Assembly (NCBI GenBank): GCA_963692945.1
Contig: OY843585.1
Span: 543,664 to 607,663, forward strand
Length of the DNA stretch: 64,000 bases
Direction: 5' to 3'
Origin: Bdellovibrionales bacterium
Lineage (GTDB): Bacteria > Bdellovibrionota > Bdellovibrionia > Bdellovibrionales > UBA1609
The position numbers and the translations under genes are program-made. The notes beneath the pieces were generated by a model, which was not told the origin of the DNA, made no database searches, and was given only the letters and a program-made list of their open reading frames with translations. Positions 34,302-42,717 of this stretch are shown here, piece after piece (position 1 is the first letter of the stretch; every line of letters begins with the position of its first letter).

Positions 34302-34358
34302 AAAAAAACACAGCATTGGTTGATAAAAAGAAGTATCTCATTTATTCTAGGAAAATCT

Positions 34359-35738
34359 ATGGCTCAAAATTATGATTATGATCTTTTTGTGATTGGAGGA
34401 GGTTCTGGAGGAATCCGTGCAGCTCGTTGGTCTGCTAACTTAGGGGCAAAAGTGGCTCTTTGTGAAAGTGATCGTCTTGGTGGGACTTGTGTTATCAGAG
34501 GTTGTATTCCTAAAAAATTGATGGTCTATGGTTCAAGTTTTAAAAAACATTTTGAAATAGCTCGCTCTTATGGTTGGGAGTTTGAAGAGCCTCAACTTAA
34601 TTGGAAAACTTTTAATGAAGCAAGGGACAAGGAAATAAAAAGGTTAGAAGGTATTTATTCCAATTTATTAAAAAATGTAGATGTTGATTTTATTTCAGGG
34701 AAGGGAACCATTCAAGATCCTCACACTGTTGCTGTCAATGGAAAAACTTATAGAGCTCGTTATATATTGATCGCAGTTGGTGGTTGGCCAATAAAACTTT
34801 CTATAGAGGGAGCAGAACATTCTATTACATCTAATGAAATTTTTTCTTTAAAAAAACAACCAAAGTCTCTTTTAGTTATTGGAGCCGGTTACATAGGTTT
34901 GGAGTTTGCAAGTATTTTTCAAGAATTAGGAACAGATGTATCCGTTATGTTTAGAAAAGACTATATTCTTTCAGGCTTTGATCAAAGTGTTCGCAAGCAT
35001 CTTCAAAAAGAATTAGAAAAAAGACATATTACAATGCTTTCAAAATGCAATCCTGTGAAAATAGAAAAAGAAGGTGAGAATTATCATCTTACGGATAGTA
35101 AGGGGAAAGTATGGTCAGGTGATTCCATTTTGATGGCAATAGGTCGGCGGGCAAATGTTGAAAAACTAAATCTAGAATCTATTGGAATAAAAATTCAAGC
35201 CCCTCATTACCATATTCCTATCAATAACAAATTTCAAACCAGCTGCCCTAGTGTTTTTGCTGTTGGAGATTGTGTAACAAAACCTTTTCAGTTAACACCT
35301 ATAGCTCTTTCTGAAGGAATGTTTGTTAGTGAGTATCTCTTTGCTAAAGATAAAAAATTAGAAGTCAGTTATGAAAATATTCCTTCTGCTGTTTTCACTC
35401 AACCCGAAGTTGGAACTGTTGGTTTTTCTGAAGAGCAAGCTCTAGAAAAAGGTTTTAAAGTAAAGATTTTTGAAAGCACTTTTCGTCCTTTGAAATTAAC
35501 TCTTATGAATCAAAAAGATACCAACCAAACGGAAAAAACCTATATGAAGCTTGTGGTTTGCAAAAAAACAGATCGGGTTTTAGGTTGTCATATTGTAGGA
35601 GATATGGCTGGAGAAATACTTCAAGGCTTTGCTGTGGCTATTAAAAATAAACTTACTAAAAAAGATTTTGATCAGACAATAGGAATACATCCTTCTAGTG
35701 CAGAAGAGTTTGTAACAATGAGGTCGGAGAGAAAATGA
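34359..35738 (+). CDS. gor: Glutathione-disulfide reductase-like flavoprotein
   Basis: Start set at the ATG at 34359. GGGSGG FAD motif, redox-active CVIRGCIPKK, C-terminal GIHPSSAEEF. Confidence 0.8.
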   Translation: MAQNYDYDLFVIGGGSGGIRAARWSANLGAKVALCESDRLGGTCVIRGCIPKKLMVYGSSFKKHFEIARSYGWEFEEPQLNWKTFNEARDKEIKRLEGIYSNLLKNVDVDFISGKGTIQDPHTVAVNGKTYRARYILIAVGGWPIKLSIEGAEHSITSNEIFSLKKQPKSLLVIGAGYIGLEFASIFQELGTDVSVMFRKDYILSGFDQSVRKHLQKELEKRHITMLSKCNPVKIEKEGENYHLTDSKGKVWSGDSILMAIGRRANVEKLNLESIGIKIQAPHYHIPINNKFQTSCPSVFAVGDCVTKPFQLTPIALSEGMFVSEYLFAKDKKLEVSYENIPSAVFTQPEVGTVGFSEEQALEKGFKVKIFESTFRPLKLTLMNQKDTNQTEKTYMKLVVCKKTDRVLGCHIVGDMAGEILQGFAVAIKNKLTKKDFDQTIGIHPSSAEEFVTMRSERK

Positions 35739-35819
35739 CTTTTGCTTTTATCTTCTGTAAAAGTTAATGTTATTTTTTAATCTCAAGATTGTTTCAACAA
35801 TAGAATTAAAAAAAAGAAC

Positions 35820-36665
35820 CTACAGAACTTTAATGAGTTCCACTTCAAAAATCAGTGTTGCATTTGGAGGGATAGAACCACCTGCACCTTGGCTGCCATA
35901 ACCTAGTTCTGAAGGAATAAAAAATTTGTATTTTGCTCCTTCTTTCATAAGTTGAACACCTTCTGTCCATCCTTTGATAACTCTGTTAAGAGGAAAGGAG
36001 ATGCTTTGATTTCTTTTGTAAGAGCTATCAAATTCTGTTCCGTCAATAAGAGTTCCACGGTAGTGTACTTCTACAGTGTCTGTTGCTAGTGGGTTCTTGC
36101 CATTTCCTTCTTTAAGCACTTCATACTGGAGTCCTGAGTTTGTGACTTTAACTTCTTGTCTTTTACTATTTTCTTCTAAAAATTTCTTACCTTCTGCCAT
36201 GTGTTTTTCTCCTTTTTTTCTTGTAACAGGTTGTTGTTGATCTGCCATGAGGTCTTGTTGATTTACAATGGATTTTTTATGACTTAAAGAATCTTCCATG
36301 CCTTTTAAAAAAGATTTTATCTTTAAATTATTGTCCATTTTTTTAATATTATTTGCTAGGAGGTAACCCATGCTGTAGGATTTTTTATCTTCTATATCTT
36401 TTAGGTTGAAGTTTTTAGAAAAATGAGAAATGAGAACAGAAAAGATATTTAAAACGATCAATAGAACAAGGGTTAATGAGATGCCCTTAAGTAATGATTT
36501 TGAAATGAATTTTTGTTTATAAAAAACATACAAAAAACAAATGATTAAAACTAAATTTATAAAACTATTATAAGGATACTCAGCAAAATAATAATTGCAT
36601 ATGAGAGTGATAGCTGCAAAAACAACAACCATTAAAGAGAGCAGGATGTATAGTTTTTTTCTCAT
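35820..36665 (-). CDS. FKBP-type peptidyl-prolyl isomerase (Mip/FkpA-like) with three N-terminal TM helices
   Basis: C-terminal VEVHYRGTLIDGTEFDSS...GWTEG...IPPNATLIFEVELI. The N-terminal ~90 aa is hydrophobic. Confidence 0.85.
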   Translation of the reverse strand: MRKKLYILLSLMVVVFAAITLICNYYFAEYPYNSFINLVLIICFLYVFYKQKFISKSLLKGISLTLVLLIVLNIFSVLISHFSKNFNLKDIEDKKSYSMGYLLANNIKKMDNNLKIKSFLKGMEDSLSHKKSIVNQQDLMADQQQPVTRKKGEKHMAEGKKFLEENSKRQEVKVTNSGLQYEVLKEGNGKNPLATDTVEVHYRGTLIDGTEFDSSYKRNQSISFPLNRVIKGWTEGVQLMKEGAKYKFFIPSELGYGSQGAGGSIPPNATLIFEVELIKVL

Positions 36666-36751
36666 GGTTTTTTAAAACTAATCTTATTTTTGTAAGAGAG
36701 CAAGGTTTTTTTTCTTGAGGTGTCTTCCCATTTTGGGCTATAATTTGATTT

Positions 36752-37495
36752 GTGAAAAAACATCGTAGAAAATGGCTTCCAATCTTCTTTGTTATGGCGT
36801 TTATTGGTAGTTTTTTCTATCTTGATTTTTTGACCTATCTGGATTTTCAAAGTTTTAATCATCATAGAGAAATACTTCTTCAAATGGCCGAAGAAAAGAC
36901 TTTATTTTTAATGCTCTGCCTTTTCTTAGGTTATTTGTTTATGGCCGTTTTGTCCTTACCAGGGACTATCCTTTTAACTTTATTTGCTGGTTTTTTATTT
37001 GGTTTAGTGAAAGGGGTTATTTTGACTTCTTTGGCTTTGACAATAGGGGCTACTATCACTTTTTTATTCTCTCGTTTTTTGCTTCGTGGATTCTTTATAA
37101 AAAAATATGCTTCCCGATTGAAAACTATTTTATCGGATTTAAATAAGTATGGAATCTACTATTTATTTGCTATGAGGATGGTTCCACTTGTCCCTTTTTT
37201 TATTCCCAATGTTCTTATGGGTTTAACTTCTATAAAAACAAAACATTTTTTTATTGTAACTTATATAGGTCTTCTCCCTGATCTTATTATTTATGTGAAT
37301 GCTGGAAGATATTTTTCAAAGATAGAGCAAATAAAAGATGTATTTTCTATAGGCCTTATTGCCTCTTTTGTTCTTATAGGTTTTTTACCTCTTGGAATTA
37401 AAAAAATCATTTCTATTTTGAATAAGAAAAACAAATCTTATATTAACTCATCAGAATTATCTCCTGAATTGGAATTGGTAAATAGAGAAACATGA
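36752..37495 (+). CDS. DedA/TVP38-family membrane protein
   Basis: 247-aa multi-TM protein. FAGFLFG...R..P..P pattern. Confidence 0.65.
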   Translation: MKKHRRKWLPIFFVMAFIGSFFYLDFLTYLDFQSFNHHREILLQMAEEKTLFLMLCLFLGYLFMAVLSLPGTILLTLFAGFLFGLVKGVILTSLALTIGATITFLFSRFLLRGFFIKKYASRLKTILSDLNKYGIYYLFAMRMVPLVPFFIPNVLMGLTSIKTKHFFIVTYIGLLPDLIIYVNAGRYFSKIEQIKDVFSIGLIASFVLIGFLPLGIKKIISILNKKNKSYINSSELSPELELVNRET

Positions 37496-38799
37496 AAAAT
37501 TTTGACACTCTTTTATTTCCTAAAAAAATTCTTTTGTATAAAAATCAAAAATTTGTTGTAGAAGAGAATCAAGCTGTGGGCATTACAGATGGTCGCATCT
37601 CTTTTGTAGGAGAATCTTCTTCTCACCTTCAAGCCAATAAAATTTTTAAGTTTGAACATCATTTGTTATCACCAGGTCTCATTAACACTCACACTCATTT
37701 ACCCATGTCTTTATTTCGTGGCTTAGCCGATAACTTACCTCTTAAGACATGGTTAGAAGATTACATTTTTCCATTGGAAGCTGGCTTGGTGGACAAGGAT
37801 TTTATAATGACAGGGACAAAATTATCAGCTATAGAACTTATTAAATCAGGAGTGACTACTTTTTTTGATATGTACTTCTACAGTGAGGTTATGGCTAAGG
37901 TTTTAGAGGACGTAGGGTTAAGAGGTTTTGTAGGAGTGGGTGTTCCTAGTGTAGAAAAAAATTGGAAAAATTGGAAACAAAAAACATTAGATTTAAAGAA
38001 GAAATATAAAAATCATCCTAGGATAGATATAGCTATTGCACCTCATGCTCCTTACACTTTAAGTTCGGAAATGCTTTCTGAGATAGGAGATTTTTCTAAA
38101 ACAGAATCTATAGATCTTACCATTCATGTTTCAGAAAGTGAATGGGAACAACAAGAGATACAAAAAAAATATGGAAAAACTCCTGTTCAGTATTTGCATG
38201 ATTTAAATGTCACTGGAGAAAAATCTCTTTTTGTTCATTGTGTTCATGTAGACAATAAGGATTTGGAGATTATGTCAAAAACTCAAACTTCTTTTTCTTA
38301 CAACCCTGAAAGTAATATGAAGCTTTCTAATGGGATAGCTCCTATTAGGGAGGCTTTGAAAAAAAACGTGATTGTAGGCTTAGGAACAGATAGTGCGGCA
38401 TCTAATAATGATCTTAATCTATTTCAGGAAATGGATACAGGTATAAAACTTCAGTCTTTAAAATATGGAGATCAATCTTTGACCGCTCAAGAGATGTTTC
38501 AAATGGCAACAATAGAAGGAGCTAAAGCGATAGGCTTAGAAAAAGAAATAGGAACTATTGAAGAAGGAAAGCGAGCTGATATAATAGCGATTGATTTTGA
38601 ACAGGCTCAATTTTACCCAGCTCATAATCTCATTTCACATTTGGTCTATAGTACTCAGGGAAGTGAAGTGAGTTTTGTAATGTGTGAAGGTCAAGTGTTA
38701 ATGGATAATAATAAGTTGCAAACTTTAGAGGAAAAAGAAGTTTACAAAAAAAGTGCTAGTTTTGAGAAAAAAATAAAAGACTTCTTGAAAATCAAATGA
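37492..38799 (+). CDS. mtaD: Amidohydrolase, 5-methylthioadenosine/S-adenosylhomocysteine deaminase-like
   Basis: 435 aa. NTHTHLPMS (HxH), HVSES and GTDSAASNN motifs. Confidence 0.75.
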   Translation: MKNFDTLLFPKKILLYKNQKFVVEENQAVGITDGRISFVGESSSHLQANKIFKFEHHLLSPGLINTHTHLPMSLFRGLADNLPLKTWLEDYIFPLEAGLVDKDFIMTGTKLSAIELIKSGVTTFFDMYFYSEVMAKVLEDVGLRGFVGVGVPSVEKNWKNWKQKTLDLKKKYKNHPRIDIAIAPHAPYTLSSEMLSEIGDFSKTESIDLTIHVSESEWEQQEIQKKYGKTPVQYLHDLNVTGEKSLFVHCVHVDNKDLEIMSKTQTSFSYNPESNMKLSNGIAPIREALKKNVIVGLGTDSAASNNDLNLFQEMDTGIKLQSLKYGDQSLTAQEMFQMATIEGAKAIGLEKEIGTIEEGKRADIIAIDFEQAQFYPAHNLISHLVYSTQGSEVSFVMCEGQVLMDNNKLQTLEEKEVYKKSASFEKKIKDFLKIK

Positions 38800-38845
38800 T
38801 GGATGAGTTTAAACCAAAAAGCAAAAAATCTATTGAAAGTTAAAT

Positions 38846-40213
38846 ATGTCTAAAAATAAAACCATTTATGTCTGTCAAAGTTGTGCTTGGGAAGGAGTTA
38901 AATGGCAAGGACGTTGCCCTCAATGTGAATCTTGGAATTCTATTATAGAAGAGCAAGTGATTGGCTCCAAAGGAGGTAAAGAAAGATTTTCAATAGGTGG
39001 AGGAACTGAGAGTCCACTTCCTTTTTCGGAAATGGACATTTCTTCTTTTGATCGTCAAAGTTCTGGACTGAAAGAATTTGATAGAGTTATTGGTGGAGGT
39101 TTTGTTTCTGGTTCCTTTCTTTTATTGGGAGGAGATCCAGGAATAGGTAAAAGCACTTTGTTACTTCAAGTTTGTGGATACCTTTCGGAAGGTCGTAAAA
39201 AAGTACTCTATGTTTCTGCTGAAGAAAGTGGTTCTCAAACAGCTTTGAGAGCTCAAAGACTAAATATCAATAATCCTGATCTTCTTTTTTATAGTGAAGC
39301 TTCTCTAGAAGATATATTGCAAAAAGCTCGTAAAGCAAAACCTTCTGTTTTAATTATTGATTCTATACAAACTGTTCATTTGAAAAATTTATCCTCTGCT
39401 CCTGGTACCGTTTCCCAAGTGAGAGAATGTGCAGGACTTCTTATGAGTTTTGCAAAATCTAACAATATAACTGTAATTATAGTTGGACATGTTACAAAAG
39501 ACGGGAGTCTTGCTGGACCAAGAGTGTTGGAACATTTGGTAGATATTGTTTTGTCTTTTGAAGGAGATGCTAATTATCAATTTCGTATTTTACGCTCTAG
39601 TAAAAACCGATTTGGTTCCACAAGAGATATTGCTGTTTTTGAAATGAGTGATGGAGGATTGAAAGAGGTGAGCAATCCTTCTCATTTTTTTCTGAGAGAA
39701 AAATCAGAAGATCGTATAGGTTCTGCTGTTTTTACAGCTATGGAGGGAAGTCGCTCTTTTCTTTGCGAAATACAATCTTTAGTTATAAACTCTTACTTAT
39801 CTATTCCTCGTCGGACGGCTTTAGGTTTAGATATAAATCGTATTCATATGGTTGCTGCTGTTCTGGATAAGTACTTAGGAACGGATTTAGGAAAAAAAGA
39901 TCTCTTTGTGAATCTTGTGGGTGGGTTAAAAATTTCAGAACCTGCTTCCGACTTAGCTGTTGCTGTTTCTATTTTGTCCTCTCTTTATAAAAAGCCAATA
40001 GATAGGCAAACTTGTTTTTTTGGTGAAATTGGTTTAACAGGTGAAGTGAGGTCTTGTCGTTTTGCCAGAGAACGGATTTTAGAAGCTGAAAAATTAGGAT
40101 TCCAAAGCATTTATCTAGCTAAAACTTTAGAAGAAAGTTTAAAAGATACAAAATTTAAAATTAAACTCATTTTTAAAGATCATTTAGAGAATCTTAATTT
40201 TTTTGGGAAATGA
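38846..40213 (+). CDS. radA: DNA repair protein RadA/Sms
   Basis: Zinc finger CQSCAWEGVKWQGRCPQC, Walker A GDPGIGKST, KNRFG motif, Lon-like C-terminus. Confidence 0.95.
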   Translation: MSKNKTIYVCQSCAWEGVKWQGRCPQCESWNSIIEEQVIGSKGGKERFSIGGGTESPLPFSEMDISSFDRQSSGLKEFDRVIGGGFVSGSFLLLGGDPGIGKSTLLLQVCGYLSEGRKKVLYVSAEESGSQTALRAQRLNINNPDLLFYSEASLEDILQKARKAKPSVLIIDSIQTVHLKNLSSAPGTVSQVRECAGLLMSFAKSNNITVIIVGHVTKDGSLAGPRVLEHLVDIVLSFEGDANYQFRILRSSKNRFGSTRDIAVFEMSDGGLKEVSNPSHFFLREKSEDRIGSAVFTAMEGSRSFLCEIQSLVINSYLSIPRRTALGLDINRIHMVAAVLDKYLGTDLGKKDLFVNLVGGLKISEPASDLAVAVSILSSLYKKPIDRQTCFFGEIGLTGEVRSCRFARERILEAEKLGFQSIYLAKTLEESLKDTKFKIKLIFKDHLENLNFFGK

Positions 40214-41407
40214 TTAAATCATATTTTGAGCTTTAAATTGATTTTTAGGTTTATTTATATTTCTTGGTATGTCTCCACAAGAAGGATTGTTTTTTGTGAT
40301 ATCATAAAAATCTTGCAATACTTTTTTTGCAAAAACACCTGCTTCTTGACTCCTGTGATTTTCTACATATTTTCCAAAGGTTTCAATAAAATCAGAAGTG
40401 GGAATGCCATAAGGTTTTTTATTAAAAATGGCCTGCTTATAAGTGCGACTAAGACTTGTTTCGGTTTCGGACCATAGTGTTCCTTTTATAGTATTGGCAT
40501 AATTTTTAAGTTGATTTTTTATCATCTCAGGTCCTCCATTGTATCCTTGTAAAGCAATCGTTTGAGTGATTAGTTTTTTGTCTTGAAAAATAGAAATGTA
40601 TTTTATTTCTTTAATTTCTTTAAATTCTTCCTGATTGTTAGCTCGGTGGGATTCAAAGTCTTTTTTTCCTTTAAAGATCAAAAGATTTTTTGGGTTACTA
40701 TCTAACCTCACAGTAACAATATCTAGATCTTCTACTATCTTTTTAGCCTCTTCTAAAGAGTGTAGATAATAGAGAGCCGAGTAAAAAAGGCAACTGTAAG
40801 GGTTAGAATGTAATGTACAAATAGTCTTATCTGTTTTTCTATTTCCTGCAGTAGTAGATAGTGGTTCCCAATTTTCTGTGATGGCTGTACATTTATTTGG
40901 ATCATTAATTTTTGCAGGTAAAAATCTTTTATTTATATCTGTAATAGCAATTCCTGTAAGTTGTCCGTAACAAGAAGCCCCTGTACCACTTTCTGCTGCA
41001 ATTTGAAATCGGGATTCTCTATTTATTAAAGCAAAAAAGAAGCTAGGGTCTTTGATGTTTAAACATTGACTGACTTCATGAAAAACACGGGCCGTTGTTT
41101 TGATATATTGATTTGAAGCACACATAGGTATGGATGATGTTCCTTCTTGGAGTGAAGAGTTTTCACAAAAAGTGTTTTTACTAGGGGGGATTGGAGTTTT
41201 CCTAGCAGATACAGATTGTTTAAAACAAGATAAGGTAGGAATAAAAAGAGGTTGAGCAGTCACTCTTTGTGTTAGACATTCAAAACAGAAACCAGCTTCA
41301 GTGGATTGAAGATGATTAAATGAAACTTCTTTACAGGTTTGTTGAGCTATTGAAAGAACAGGAGTGTAGGTGAAGATTCCTATTATTAAAATAAGATATG
41401 TTTTCAT
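40214..41407 (-). CDS. Secreted lytic-transglycosylase-like protein
   Basis: Signal peptide. SLT-type motifs NRESRF (catalytic Glu-Ser), GASCYGQLTG and QGYNGGP. Confidence 0.55.
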   Translation of the reverse strand: MKTYLILIIGIFTYTPVLSIAQQTCKEVSFNHLQSTEAGFCFECLTQRVTAQPLFIPTLSCFKQSVSARKTPIPPSKNTFCENSSLQEGTSSIPMCASNQYIKTTARVFHEVSQCLNIKDPSFFFALINRESRFQIAAESGTGASCYGQLTGIAITDINKRFLPAKINDPNKCTAITENWEPLSTTAGNRKTDKTICTLHSNPYSCLFYSALYYLHSLEEAKKIVEDLDIVTVRLDSNPKNLLIFKGKKDFESHRANNQEEFKEIKEIKYISIFQDKKLITQTIALQGYNGGPEMIKNQLKNYANTIKGTLWSETETSLSRTYKQAIFNKKPYGIPTSDFIETFGKYVENHRSQEAGVFAKKVLQDFYDITKNNPSCGDIPRNINKPKNQFKAQNMI

Positions 41408-41508
41408 TGATACAAAATATATTTTATCATATTTAAAAAGTATTTATTAGTGAATTATGGATTGAGTGTTGTTTCCTTTTAGTGTTATCATTTGGGAAAA
41501 AACAAGAC

Positions 41509-42366
41509 TTAAGTGCTAACATCTTCTGCTATGGAACGGATGATTTGTGACCAGAAATTCAAGAAAGCATTTTGTGATGTTATATCAGTAAGTTTAATTA
41601 AGCTAAGAGCTAAAACAATAGATAAAAAAAGAAGGAGCATATATTCCACAATCATTTGTCCTTTTTGATTTTTAATAAAGTTCATAGATTGACTAAATAT
41701 CAATAAGATCTTCATAAGTAAAACTTTAAACCAAAACGGTCCTTTTTTTTCTAATAGGAGGCTGATGTTTCTTGATAGGGTGTTATTTAATGGTTTAGAG
41801 ATAAAGGATAGAGATTTTTGTTGTTTTTGAGTTAAAATAGGTTGTAAATATTTAGGTTTCTCAACTTTATAGACTTTTTCAAAAAGATAACTCCAATCAA
41901 ATAAATAACCAGGGTCTTTTTTATTACGAAATCCAGAAATATGTTCATGACCTAAAATTCTTTCGTGATTTTGAAGTTTAGGATAAATGACTTTTAAGTG
42001 ATGTAGGGTTTGAAAAAGAGTTTCATATTGTTTTTTTGTATAGGAAAATACATTTCCATTTAAATTGACCAATTCTATACCTACGGAAAAATCATTAAAA
42101 GCATTCCATTTTTTGTTTTTAGTGTCTGTCCAAAAACTTTTGCCAGCATGATAAGCTTTATAACAAATTCCTTGCCAGCAAGACACCATTTCATACAGGA
42201 GTCCTTCTTCATCAATAAGTAAATGACAAGAGACTTCTGAGCTTGGATTTAAGAAAATATCAAGGCTACCTTTAAGGTCTTGTGCTGTATAGTGTAGGAT
42301 AACAAATTCTACTCCTATCGGAGTGTTTTGGAAGTGGGGAGACTTGTAAGAGCTTATAAGTTTCAT
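41509..42366 (-). CDS. AmpD-like N-acetylmuramoyl-L-alanine amidase ORF with in-frame Flp-type prepilin-like C-terminus
   Basis: Amidase_2 motifs VILHYTA, HLLIDEEG, YHAGKSFW and SVGIELVN in res 1-170. The last 58 codons read MNFIKNQKG|QMIVEYMLLLFLSIVLALSLI... Confidence 0.75.
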   Translation of the reverse strand: MKLISSYKSPHFQNTPIGVEFVILHYTAQDLKGSLDIFLNPSSEVSCHLLIDEEGLLYEMVSCWQGICYKAYHAGKSFWTDTKNKKWNAFNDFSVGIELVNLNGNVFSYTKKQYETLFQTLHHLKVIYPKLQNHERILGHEHISGFRNKKDPGYLFDWSYLFEKVYKVEKPKYLQPILTQKQQKSLSFISKPLNNTLSRNISLLLEKKGPFWFKVLLMKILLIFSQSMNFIKNQKGQMIVEYMLLLFLSIVLALSLIKLTDITSQNAFLNFWSQIIRSIAEDVST

Positions 42367-42403
42367 GAAATTATTATTTTAATAAAATCAGAATAACAAA
42401 ATT

Positions 42404-42587
42404 TTTTTAAAACTCTACAAAAAAGACTAATAATCCTTATATTTGTAAGAAAAATTAAGGGATTTATGTTTTATAAATTGATATTAGTTAAGACCTACTC
42501 TTTTTTAAAACTCTGCAAAAAAAGACTAATAATCCTTGTATTTGTAAGAAAAACTAAGGGATTTATGTTTTATAAATTGGTATTAGT
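42404..42587. repeat. ~85-bp direct repeat x2 (98-bp period) upstream of the giant lipoprotein gene
   Basis: TTTTTAAAACTCT(A/G)CAAAAAAGACTAATAATCCTT(A/G)TATTTGTAAGAAAAA(T/C)TAAGGGATTTATGTTTTATAAATTG(A/G)TATTAGT at 42404-42488 and 42502-42587. Confidence 0.85.
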
Positions 42588-42717
42588 AATTAAAATATAT
42601 TCTATAAATTTTAAAAATATTTTTTGTTTATAAATAGTCAATCTATGAAAAATATTCACTTTTATCAGATCCTTCTTTACTTTTTACGGATAGAAGCATA
42701 AATTCCTAAATACTCTT

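Noticed and set aside
36662-36883. 73-aa ORF on the minus strand between the FKBP and DedA genes
   Set aside because: It overlaps the DedA start region in antisense, has no RBS or recognisable features, and is most likely a chance ORF.
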